DNA of 64,000 bases from an uncultured virus (IMG/VR IMGVR_UViG_3300042475_003078) (Duplodnaviria > Heunggongvirae > Uroviricota > Caudoviricetes), in IMG/VR virus record IMGVR_UViG_3300042475_003078; one strand, written 5' to 3'. How positions within the stretch are numbered: the first letter of the stretch is position 1; every line of letters begins with the position of its first letter. The notes below the pieces were generated by a model. It saw only the letters and a program-made list of their open reading frames with translations. It did not search any database and was not told the DNA's origin. The translations under genes and the position numbers were made by a program. Positions 47,398-57,097 of the stretch are shown here, piece by piece.

Positions 47398-47532
47398 TCG
47401 TGCGCGTGCTGGCGCATGTGCGCATGCTGGCGCGTATGTGCGCGTGCTGGCGTGCTGGCGTGGCTAATGAGAATGTGTTCGCATTAGCGTATGACATCGT
47501 TAGTGTGCTGATATGTTTGTGGACATATATGG

Positions 47533-47548
47533 ATACCCTATGGGGTAT
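47533..47548. promoter_or_regulatory. CsoR/RcnR-family-like operator
   Basis: ATACCC-TATG-GGGTAT palindrome with C/G tracts. Confidence 0.5.
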
Positions 47549-47553
47549 GTACA

Positions 47554-47568
47554 TGAGAATCATTCTTA
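47554..47568. promoter_or_regulatory. Fur-box-like site (weaker copy at 47466-47485)
   Basis: TGAGAAT-C-ATTCTTA versus the 7-1-7 consensus TGATAAT-N-ATTATCA. Confidence 0.55.
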
Positions 47569-47577
47569 TCTGTATAG

Positions 47578-47641
47578 TTATCCACAGGTTATCCACAGCT
47601 TCGTACACAGCCTCATTAACCTGTGGATAACCTGTGGATAA
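47578..47641. promoter_or_regulatory. Four perfect DnaA boxes (two direct, two inverted)
   Basis: TTATCCACA at 47578 and 47589; TGTGGATAA at 47622 and 47633. Confidence 0.85.
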
Positions 47642-47706
47642 CTCACTAACTGGTCTGAAAAACATACCAAAAACCGCCTATCTCGGAATGTTCAAGTTGA
47701 TCAGGC

Positions 47707-47719
47707 TAAGTTGTTGATT
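47707..47719. promoter_or_regulatory. IHF consensus site
   Basis: TAAGTTGTTGATT is the reverse complement of WATCAANNNNTTR. Confidence 0.65.
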
Positions 47720-48015
47720 TCATTGGTATTTGATGTTGCCAATTGCTGATTCTGATCCTGTATCTGCCATCTTGCCGAGGGCAAAACCGATCGATGCCAG
47801 CCGTCGAAGGTGGGGGAGGCGTGGGCCAGGCGGGGGTAGGGCGTACGTTATATACAACATCGCCCACAGATTAGGAAAAATAACGTTGCCTTCACCACCC
47901 CTTACACGCCAACACCGACACGTAGCTATATCCCACCTATACAGCCTTCAACACCAACACCGACACGTAGCTACACAGCCTTCACCACCATCATTAACAA
48001 AAACATCACCTCTGC

Positions 48016-48045
48016 TTGACATCACCATCTTTTCTATGTTACAAC
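48016..48045 (+). promoter_or_regulatory. Sigma70-type promoter candidate for the rightward arm
   Basis: TTGACA-N18-TACAAC with extended -10 TG. Confidence 0.45.
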
Positions 48046-48672
48046 CTACCCTATGCCACAGGGACGTCTACACCTGGCTGTGGCTGTGTTATTAAAGATG
48101 CCTACCAGGGGTGAGCGACAAAGGCATCAACGAGGGGCTGAGGTTTAGAACGTGTCGTGGGAGGCTGTGGTGAGCTTCAATAGTCTGAACCGTACACCAA
48201 CAATAGCTGGTCTATGCTAATGAGCATAGTAGGCGAAGCTGTGTCTAAACAGTATTTCATAATGTAAAATTGACTGTTAAGACACCGTCTATATAGATAG
48301 TAAGCATAACATCAAATCCCTAATATTTATTTCATTGATGTCTTCTCCTTACAGCACTATATAGAAGCAACATTAGCGCTAATAGAATAACAATAAACAT
48401 TCATTGTTTTTCTTAAGAAACAACATTAACGCTAACAAAATATTCATTGTTATTTCTTAAGAACAACACTAGCGCTAATAGAATAACAATTGTTGTTTCT
48501 TCAGAACAACATCAGCGCTAACAGAGACAACAGCATCTATATAGTCTATATAGTAACAACACCGACACGTAGCTATATAGTCTATATAACCCCTAATGAA
48601 CAGCGATAGCTTATGTTGCCCAGCGAAGCTGTGTTGTCCCTTCAGGGCTCTTAAGAGCCTTCAACAAAAACA

Positions 48673-48921
48673 ATGACACCATCAACATTTCTTAAGAGCA
48701 GATATAAAACAAGAACAGAGCTTGGAAACAGAGTTCATCAATTCCCTTATTCTGTTTTTAGTGTTGTGATGGATGAGTTGTTTAAGAAGGAAGAAAGAGT
48801 TGGTAGTGTTGGTTTTCATTCCGATGTTTATTACATCAGGGCTCTGATAGAGAAGAGAGAAGGTGTTGTGTTGCCTTTATGGGTGGTGCAGAAGGCAATG
48901 AAGCAAGAAGGGATGTGTTGA
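48673..48921 (+). CDS. Hypothetical protein
   Basis: First ORF of the rightward arm. Confidence 0.55.
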   Translation: MTPSTFLKSRYKTRTELGNRVHQFPYSVFSVVMDELFKKEERVGSVGFHSDVYYIRALIEKREGVVLPLWVVQKAMKQEGMC

Positions 48922-48922
48922 T

Positions 48923-49444
48923 ATGCCCACAAAAGAACGCTGGGCTAAAATGTCCGAAGAAGAGAAACAAAAATATACAGAGCGACATCGAGAATGGGTG
49001 TCTAAAAATAAAGAACGTAGTAGAGAGATTTGCAGAAAAAGCTATTTAAAAAAAGTAGGAGGTGTTCTTTTTAGGCTTTCAACGTTAGAAGATGAAAAAG
49101 TTAAGAAAGAACACAGAAAGAAAAGAAAAACAGAAACAACTATTCTGTGGCAAAAAGCCAACCCAGATAAGGTAAAGCTTTATAGAACAAAAGAGAAAGA
49201 AGAAGGAAAACAAGCAGCTAAGGCGGCTAAAAGGAGAGCTGCTAAATTAAATGCAACGCCTGCTTGGGCAGATTTAGAAGCTATAAAAATAGTGTACGAA
49301 GAAGCTAAGATGGCAGGCATGCACGTAGATCACATAGTTCCTTTGCAGGGCTTGAATGTTTGTGGTTTACATATTGAAGCAAATTTACAGCTTTTAGATC
49401 CAATAGAAAATATCAAAAAGGGGAATAAGTTTGCCTTACAGTAA
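48923..49444 (+). CDS. Free-standing HNH endonuclease
   Basis: KRRA.KL..TP.W, HVDHIVPL.G..VCGLH...NLQ and N..K.NK motifs; AT-rich. Confidence 0.88.
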   Translation: MPTKERWAKMSEEEKQKYTERHREWVSKNKERSREICRKSYLKKVGGVLFRLSTLEDEKVKKEHRKKRKTETTILWQKANPDKVKLYRTKEKEEGKQAAKAAKRRAAKLNATPAWADLEAIKIVYEEAKMAGMHVDHIVPLQGLNVCGLHIEANLQLLDPIENIKKGNKFALQ

Positions 49445-49706
49445 AACAGTTAATGGTGTTTCTACCCGTGACTATAGACGCCAATATGACAAATATGACG
49501 GCAAGCCTTCTGTTGTTGCTGACAGAGCCCAACGTAACGCTGCTAGAGCTAAGCTGAAGGCTTCTGGTGTTGATGTTGCTGGTAAGGATGTTGCTCACAA
49601 GGTGGCGTTGTCTAAGGGCGGTAGTAATGAAATGAAGAACTTGTCTGTTCAGTCTAAGGCTAAGAACAGGAGTTTTAAGAGAGATAAGAATGGGACTATG
49701 AAATGA
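49431..49706 (+). CDS. Small basic HNH-like protein
   Basis: GKDVAH..ALSKGGSN...NL.V.....NRS. Confidence 0.6.
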   Translation: MPYSKTVNGVSTRDYRRQYDKYDGKPSVVADRAQRNAARAKLKASGVDVAGKDVAHKVALSKGGSNEMKNLSVQSKAKNRSFKRDKNGTMK

Positions 49707-52208
49707 AAGACAGCAGGCTTGTCAGGGCTGGTGTTAGCGGCTATAACAAGCCTAAGCGTACCCCAGACCATCCTAAGAAGAGTCACGTTGTTGTTGCTAA
49801 AGAGGGTGACACAGTGAAGACCATTAGGTTTGGACAGCAGGGTGTTTCTGGTAGCCCAGCTAAGCAGGGCGAGTCTGATGCCTATAGAAAGCGTCGAGAG
49901 AGCTTCAAATCCAGACACGCTAGTAACATAGCCAAAGGAAAGCTGTCTGCTGCTTATTGGGCTGATAAGGTGAAGTGGTAATGGCACGCACTAACGAAGC
50001 TCTATGGGAGAAGGCTAAGGCAGAAGCCAAAGCCAAGATGGGTGGTAAACACTCGGCAAGAATGATGCAGCTTGCTGGTCGCATTTACAAAGACAAAGGC
50101 GGCAGCTACAAAGGACCAAAGACAGAGGCTCAAAAGGCTATGTCGAAATGGACGAAGGAAGAATGGACAACATCTTCTGGGAAGCCTTCTGAAGGGAAGC
50201 GTCGTTATTTGCCTAAGGCTGCCTGGTCTTCGTTGTCTGCTTCAGAGAAGGCAGCAACTAACAGAGCTAAAGCTGCGGGAGCTAAGCAAGGGAAACAATT
50301 TGTTGCTCAGCCTAAGAAGGTGGCTGAGAAGACGGCTAAATATAGGAGTTGATATGAAGTGTGGTACAAAGAAGATGGCATACGGCGGTATGGCAACGCC
50401 TATGCAGCCTAAGAAGCCTATGGCTATGATGGCCAAGGGTGGTGTTACACCCGCCGCCCCTCGGGTGGCGAATTGCGGTGCTTCAATGAAGCCTCAACAA
50501 CAAAGGAAGAAGTGAAATGGCTACGTTCAAGGAAGCGTTTAGAGAAGCCAGAAACGCTGGCAAGAAGACGTTTACATGGCAAGGTAATAAATACACCACT
50601 GAGTTGAAGGAAGAGGCTGCTACAAGGGCTCCTAAAGCCTCTGCTGGCCCTCGTCGTACAGCAAAGGAAGACACAGGTTCTGATGCAATGCTTCAACGTA
50701 TGAAGTCTCGTTCAGAGCGTGGTATGAGAGTACGTAGTAATGAAGAGATGCGTGATAGATATCGAGACGAAGCTATTGGCTACGGCACCGCCGCTGCTGG
50801 ATTAGCTACAGGCCCTCTTCGTGCTTTGTCGGGAGCAGCAGCTAAGAAGTCATCTGATAGAATGACAGATGAGCTTAAGAAGCGCATGTCGCGTGAAGAA
50901 CCTAAAGGCGATGTTGGTGTTGAAATTAAACCTGCTGTGTTTAGACGTCTTAGAGAAGAAGCCAAAGACCCTCTTGAAGGTCGTCGTGTTGGCGATGTGT
51001 CTAAGGAGTTGAAGGAGCAGGCTAAGAGAGAAGCTGAGAGAGCCGCTACAAAGCGTGCAACACAGTTTAGAAGCCGCACTGCCGATAGAATGGATGGCTT
51101 TGCCAAAGGTGGTTTGGCTAAGAAGAAAAGGAAGAAATAATGCCTGCAAAGAAGTTTATGCCTTGTGAAGATTGTCCCAACCCTGCTGCTTGCAAGAAAG
51201 CAGGGAAGTGCATGATGACGTCTAGCAAGGCTAAGAAGCCTCAACGAGGCGGTAAGCAATCCTTAGCCATTATGGTGGCTGTTGGTGTGCCTAAGAAGGG
51301 AAAGAAGTAATGGCTACGAAGAATCCTGTCAAAAAGGCTAAGGAAAAGTTGAAGGAGTCTGCGGCGGGTTCTGGTAAGCGTTTCGGTGAAGAGAAGCCTG
51401 TTCAACGTAACGTTAGAAGCAAAGGCCCTAAGCCCAATCGCTCTCCTGATGAAAGCAATGCCAACAGATGGGCTGCTGATGTTAAAGAAGACGTTGTCAA
51501 GTCGCAGAAGACAGACATTGAGAGACTTCGTAAAGGCATCAGCGGTAAGGCCAAGGAAGGTCTTACACAGGCCCAGGCAGACTTTGGTAGAAAGCAGACA
51601 AAGGCATCGGCTGTTAGAGGTGCTCTTCGTACTGCCAGTAGATTAGGCTATCTTGGTGGCGCTGCTGGTGCAGGCTATCTTGCTGGAGACACTGCTAAGC
51701 AGCTTTATGACAACGCTAAAGAAGGCAGGCAGCGTCGTCGTATGCAAGAGGAATATGAAAAAGATTTGGACAAGCAACGTGACATCATGGACAGAGAAGA
51801 TGTCATTGGCCTGCGTAAAGGCGGCATGGTAAAGAAGGGAAAGAAGTAATGGAAACAGCATCGAAGAAGAAGCCGGTGAAGCAGCCGTCAAAGACAAAGC
51901 CTACAAAGGCTGAGAAGCCTGTCTACACCTTTGACGACACGAAGAACAACACCTCCAGCAAAGCTGCTAAGGAAGCCATTAGAGAGCTTCGTGATGCAGA
52001 GATGCGTCGTAAGATGGGTGAGCGCTATGACGAAATCGTAGGCAAGCCTGAGATGGCTAAGGGTGGTGCTGTTCAGAAGAAGATGTCTAAGGTGATGGGT
52101 GAGTACAAAGCAGGAACGCTTCGTAGTGGCGGTACAGGCAAGGCTGTGAAGAACCCCAAGCAAGCCGTTGCCATTGGGTTGTCTGAAGCTCGTCGTCTGA
52201 AGAAATAA
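49703..52208 (+). other. Run of seven small, highly basic CDSs (49703-49981, 49981-50352, 50354-50515, 50517-51140, 51140-51310, 51310-51849, 51849-52208)
   Basis: Stop/start coupled (TAATG etc.) and Lys-rich; 51140-51310 (CEDC...C....C) is absent from the track. Confidence 0.7.
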
Positions 52209-53443
52209 TGAGCGTCACGAGCTACCCAGCGCTAGTACGCTTAGACGACTATGGCAACATTGTTCGTATCGGCGGTACTAGCGCTGATGCTTTTGGTCGC
52301 GCTCGGGTTAGTGCTCCGTTCACGCTTTTCGACAGCCAAAACAGATATGCAAAGAGTGATGACTTTGATGAGTCTGTATCTGGTAGCGCTACTGTCACTT
52401 ATTCTGCTAATGAATCTACTGTTCTCCTTAATGTCACCAGTGCCAGTGGAGATGAAGTAGTTAGAGAAACAAAGAGGGTGTTTTCATATCAGCCTGGTAA
52501 GTCTTTGCTAGTGATGAACACCTTTGTCATGCCTACAGCAGAAGCTAACATGCGTTGTCGTGTTGGCTATTTCAGCACACAGAACGGTGTCTATTTTGAA
52601 CGCAGCGGCATTACATTAAACATTGTTAGACGCACCTACACCAGTGGTAGTGTTGTCAATAACGCTGTAGCACAGGCAAGTTGGAACGGCGACAAGCTCG
52701 ATGGCACAGGTCCATCAGGGCTCACCATTGACGTTACAAAGTCGCAGATATTCTGGCAAGATTTTGAGTGGCTCGGTGTTGGTAGCGTACGCACTGGCTT
52801 TGTTATCAACGGCTTGTTCATTGTCTGCCACACGTTCAACAACGCTAACAATCTTGCACTTGTCTACATGACAACGGCTGTGTTGCCTATTCGATATGAA
52901 ATCACTAACACAGGCGCTTTAGCTGGCAGCAGGACAATGAAGCAGATTTGCTCCACCGTCATCAGTGAAGGTGGATATGAGCGTAAGACAATTTTACAGA
53001 CAGCTAGGATGTCTTCGACGGGTACAGTGAGTACAACATTGGTGCCTTTGGTGTCGTTGCGTCTTGACCCCAGCAGGCTTGATGCTGTTGTCCTTCCAGA
53101 CGGCTACAGAGTGTTGCCTATTGCGTCATCGTCTACAACGTTTGAAATACAGCTTGTGAAGAACGCTACGCTAACAGGAGCAAGCTGGGCTCAGACGACG
53201 TCTGACAACGTTGAATTTGATGTGTCTGCTACGGCCATTAGTGGTGGCACTGTTGTTGACAGCCTCTACACACAAGAGTCTAACCAAGTGTCTGCTGCTG
53301 TTAGTAACAACCAAGACTACAATTTTGATATGCAGTTTGGTAGGACGTTGGCGGGTGTCAGCGACATCTACACCATTGCTGCACGCACTCTTAGCGGCAA
53401 TCAATCAGCAATAGCAACATTCTCATTCTGGGACTTGACATGA
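52208..53443 (+). CDS. Beta-rich probable virion protein
   Basis: DAFGR.RVS.P.TLFD, YQPGKS and WLGVG.VR motifs. Confidence 0.65.
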   Translation: MSVTSYPALVRLDDYGNIVRIGGTSADAFGRARVSAPFTLFDSQNRYAKSDDFDESVSGSATVTYSANESTVLLNVTSASGDEVVRETKRVFSYQPGKSLLVMNTFVMPTAEANMRCRVGYFSTQNGVYFERSGITLNIVRRTYTSGSVVNNAVAQASWNGDKLDGTGPSGLTIDVTKSQIFWQDFEWLGVGSVRTGFVINGLFIVCHTFNNANNLALVYMTTAVLPIRYEITNTGALAGSRTMKQICSTVISEGGYERKTILQTARMSSTGTVSTTLVPLVSLRLDPSRLDAVVLPDGYRVLPIASSSTTFEIQLVKNATLTGASWAQTTSDNVEFDVSATAISGGTVVDSLYTQESNQVSAAVSNNQDYNFDMQFGRTLAGVSDIYTIAARTLSGNQSAIATFSFWDLT

Positions 53444-53986
53444 CCAACGGAAACAAGAATAGAAGTGTAGGCAAGGTGTTGACAGGCAGTGTTGCTGATG
53501 TCTATGTCGTCCCTGCTGCCTTCAAAGCTGATGTTGAAAGCATTGTCATTGTCAACACCAGCAACAGTGTTGTCAAATTTGATTTGAATTGGTATCAGGC
53601 AACAACGACAACATCATATGCCATTGCTAACGATGTTGAGTTGAAGCCAAACAGCCTTTTGCAGCTAACCAATTCGTTGTACTTGGACAAGAACGACAAG
53701 ATCACTGGATTAGCTTCCATTGCTGACATAGTAACAGTGAGTGTTAGAGTACGCGAATACTTCGCAGAAAGGTTGTAGAATGTTTACATCATTGCTTCTT
53801 GTTTGTGTTTTAGGTACAGATAAGTGTGAGTTGATGAAACGAACCGATAACAAAACCTACCAAACAATGGAGCAATGTTTGGAAGCAACGGCTGTTGATG
53901 CTAAACAAGTGTATGAGTATTTAGCTGTTAAAGGCATATACACTCAAGTTGGTTTCAAATGTGAAGAGGACAAAAACAGTATATGA
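53440..53986 (+). other. Two small CDSs (53440-53778, 53780-53986)
   Basis: Coupled ORFs. Confidence 0.6.
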
Positions 53987-54348
53987 GCAAAAGAGAGCTA
54001 ACAGAACAGCAACGCAAGTTCATTGAGGTGTTGTTCACCGAAGCTGGTGGCAACCCTGCAAAGGCTAAAATCTTGGCTGGTTACAGCGAGAACTATCCAA
54101 CTAAGGCATTGATGTCTGGATTGAAAGAGGAAGTCATTGAAGCAACGCAAATGTACATTGCTATGCACGCACCGAAGGCGGCTATGGCTGTCATTGGCGG
54201 CATTGATGATCCTACACAGCTAGGCATGAGAGAGAAGCTCAAAGCTGCTCAGGACATGCTTGACAGGGCTGGTGTTGTGAAGACAGAGAAGGTGGAAGTG
54301 ACAGCGCCCTCTGGTGTGATGGTGTTGCCTCCGAAGGACAATGGATAA
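53983..54348 (+). CDS. Probable terminase small subunit (module B)
   Basis: LTEQQ.KF...........A...AGYS HTH-like start, LDRAG, C-terminal LPPK; upstream of TerL. Confidence 0.65.
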   Translation: MSKRELTEQQRKFIEVLFTEAGGNPAKAKILAGYSENYPTKALMSGLKEEVIEATQMYIAMHAPKAAMAVIGGIDDPTQLGMREKLKAAQDMLDRAGVVKTEKVEVTAPSGVMVLPPKDNG

Positions 54349-54357
54349 GCATTTGCT

Positions 54358-54906
54358 GTGGCATCAAATGATAGAGATTTAGGCGCTTGGATTCTTCCAC
54401 AACCGATACGATATGAACGTTATGTGGCTATTCCCAGAATTGTTCAAAGCAACGTTGTTCCTTTTGGTTATAGAATCGATGATGAAGACCCCTCACTTCT
54501 ACAGCCAATCACTAAAGAGTTGGATGCGCTTGAGCTTGCAAAGGAGTATGTAAAACGATATTCTTACAGAAATGTAGCAGCGTGGCTGTCTAAAGAAACC
54601 GGAAGGAGCATATCTGCTAATGGACTTAGACACAGAATCAACACAGAAATTGACGCAAGAAAGCGCTATAAGTTTTATAGAGCCCTTGCAAGAAAGTACA
54701 AAGAAGCCCTCAAGAAGGCCAAAGAGTACGAAGAAAGACTCGGGAAGACAGAAAAGACAGAGTTCTTCGAAACCGGAATCTACACCGAAATTAGTAGAGA
54801 CTGGGATGCAGAACTACAAAGTGAGCATACCGGAGGAGATGCAAAACGAAAACATCGTTTTTCAGCCAAATCCAGGACCACAAACGGCATTTTTAGCAGC
54901 ACCTGA
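54358..54906 (+). CDS. Hypothetical DNA-binding-like protein
   Basis: PFGY and SYR.VA.WL...TGR.IS..GL motifs; overlaps TerL exon 1. Confidence 0.6.
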   Translation: MASNDRDLGAWILPQPIRYERYVAIPRIVQSNVVPFGYRIDDEDPSLLQPITKELDALELAKEYVKRYSYRNVAAWLSKETGRSISANGLRHRINTEIDARKRYKFYRALARKYKEALKKAKEYEERLGKTEKTEFFETGIYTEISRDWDAELQSEHTGGDAKRKHRFSAKSRTTNGIFSST

Positions 54907-57091
54907 AAGGGAAGTTCTCTTCGGAGGAGCTGCCGGTGGTAGAGGTCAAGGCCTTTCTCTTGCCACCTTTCATTGGTAACAATGTCAAAATAAACTTCGT
55001 GAATTGCTGGAACGTTTTGTAACGTGACCGTGCTACAGCATAACCGGCGACGGTAGGTGCGAATGCTAGAAAAACGATCACCAGAAACTATCAGCAGCCA
55101 AGCAAGTCATTGACTTGAAGGTTCAGAGACTATCCCGTAAGGGAGTACACCGAAAGGTGGAAGCGCGAAGCCCCTGTAAAGGGTGAAGATATAGTCCGAG
55201 GCGCACTAACCAGCTATAAGCTGAAGGAGCATACATGACACAGTATTGCCTATATAAAGCCACATCTCCGTCTGGAAAAGTCTATGTTGGTATCACCAAC
55301 AATTTCAAACGAAGAATGAAAGAACACCGAACCAGCAAGTATCCATTTGGTGCTGCTCTTAGAAAATACGGAATAGATTCTTTTGTTTTTGAGTTTGAGT
55401 TGTTTGAGTGTGTGGAAGATGCTTTAGCAAGAGAGCAAGAATTAGCTAACTTAGACACCTTGGACAAAGAAAAGATGTACAACATCAGCGTCGGTGGGGT
55501 ATTTGCGAATGTCCTAAAAGATCAAAATCCGATGAAAAACAAAGATGTTGTTGACAAACATCCTAATGTATGGAGAAAAGGCAGTAAAAACAATCCTATA
55601 TTGAACCCTGAGATTAAAGAAAAAATGATTAAGTCTCAGAAGTGTAAAAAGGTATCAATAGATGGTGTTATTTACTACGGCGTTAGGGAAGCAGCAAGGC
55701 AGTTGAGCATATCTAGGCAGTTGGTTGTCTATAGACTCAAAGCCAAGAGCTTCGATACGTGGTTTTATGTGAAAGAACAATAGTGCGCCTCGGGAAAAAG
55801 TTACGCAATCTTAGCTGACCCATTACGTTACATCTCTCATCCGCAGTTTTCAGGGCTTCTGTTGCGTCATACAACAGAAGAACTAAGAGAACTCATCTGG
55901 AAAAGCCAAGAACTCTACCCAAAAATCATTCCAGGTATTGTTTGGAGTGAGAGAAAGATGCAATGGGTGTCGCCAAGTGGTGGCAGATTGTGGATGTCAT
56001 ACCTCGATAGAGACGAAGACGTTCTTAGATATCAGGGTTTGAGCTTCGTTTGGGTTGGTTTTGACGAACTCAGCCAATGGTCTACGCCTTTTGCGTGGAA
56101 CTATATGCGTTCTCGCCTCAGAACAGCAGCGTCTGACCTGCCTGTTTACATGAGAGCAACGACTAACCCAGGCAATGCTGGTCATGGGTGGGTTAAGAAG
56201 ATGTTCATTGACCCTGCACCACCTGGTCAAGCCTTCTGGGCAACAGACATTGACACTGGTGAAGTGTTACGTTACCCCAAAGGACACAGCAAAGAAGGTC
56301 TGCCGTTGTTTAAGCGGCGTTTCATCCCTTCAAGACTCTCTGACAACCCCTATCTTGCTGCCTCAGGCGACTACGAAACCATGTTGTTGTCGCTTCCGGA
56401 GCAACAACGTCGTCAACTTCTTGATGGTGACTGGGATGTTGCTGAAGGTGCCGCGTTTCCTGAGTTTAAGAGAAGCGTTCATGTCGTTGATTCCTATGAC
56501 ATTCCTCATGATTGGCCTAGATTTAGAGCCTGTGACTACGGATATGGAAGCTGGTCTGCTGTTTTGTGGTTTGCTGTAGCCCCAGATGAGTCATTAGTGG
56601 TATATAGAGAGCTATATGTCACTAAAGTGCTTGCAGAAGACTTGGCAGAGATGGTGTTGAACGCTGAAGACGGTGAAAAGATACGTTATGGTGTTCTAGA
56701 CAGCTCTACATGGCATAAAAGAGGCGACACAGGCCCTTCCATTGCTGAAAGAATGATAATGAAGGGGTGTCGTTGGCGTCCTTCTGACAGAAGTGCTGGT
56801 AGTAGAGTGTCTGGTAAGAACGAAATACATAGACGTCTTCAGATAGATTCCTTCACAGAGCGTCCGCGTATTGTCTTTTTCAGCAACTGTGTTAAAACTA
56901 TTGCTGAACTACCAACAATACCTCTAGATAAGAAGAATCCAGAGGACATTGACACCAACATCAACTTTGATCACGGATATGACGCATTGAGATATGGTGT
57001 AATGTCAAGACCGAGGAGTAAAAACATCTTTGACACTAATACATCGGGGCAGAGCGGCTTCGCTCCAGCATCGAAAGTTTTTGGATACTAG
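54806..57091 (+). CDS. terL: Terminase large subunit (module B), spliced: exon 1 54806-54940 + exon 2 55793-57091 (~477 aa)
   Basis: Joining restores FGGAAGG|GKSYAIL (Walker A); Walker B GFDEL, TNPG, DYGY and DHGYDALRY. Start codon uncertain. Confidence 0.92.
54941..55792 (+). mobile_element. Group I intron (IA2-like) in terL
   Basis: Exon ends in U and pairs with IGS GCCACC (54962-54967); P 55002-55012, Q ~55090-55099, R GTTCAGAGACTA 55121-55132, S AAGATATAGTCC 55186-55197; terminal G at 55792. Confidence 0.93.
55235..55783 (+). CDS. Intron-encoded GIY-YIG homing endonuclease
   Basis: CLY.......VYVGIT.....R...H with conserved E and YN; C-terminal NUMOD1-like HTH; AAGGAG RBS. Confidence 0.88.
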   Translation: MTQYCLYKATSPSGKVYVGITNNFKRRMKEHRTSKYPFGAALRKYGIDSFVFEFELFECVEDALAREQELANLDTLDKEKMYNISVGGVFANVLKDQNPMKNKDVVDKHPNVWRKGSKNNPILNPEIKEKMIKSQKCKKVSIDGVIYYGVREAARQLSISRQLVVYRLKAKSFDTWFYVKEQ

Positions 57092-57097
57092 GACACT

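Noticed and set aside
47570..47587. LexA box CTGTATAGTTATCCACAG
   Set aside because: Spacing is CTG-N12-CAG, not N10; better explained by the DnaA box.
47231..48095. ORFs 47231-47665, 47358-47630 and 47730-48095
   Set aside because: Low-complexity translations of the regulatory array, without RBS.
54941..55792. terL as a pseudogene, intein-containing or frameshifted gene (same for the capsid gene)
   Set aside because: The inserts contain in-frame stops plus full group I RNA elements and exact splice junctions.
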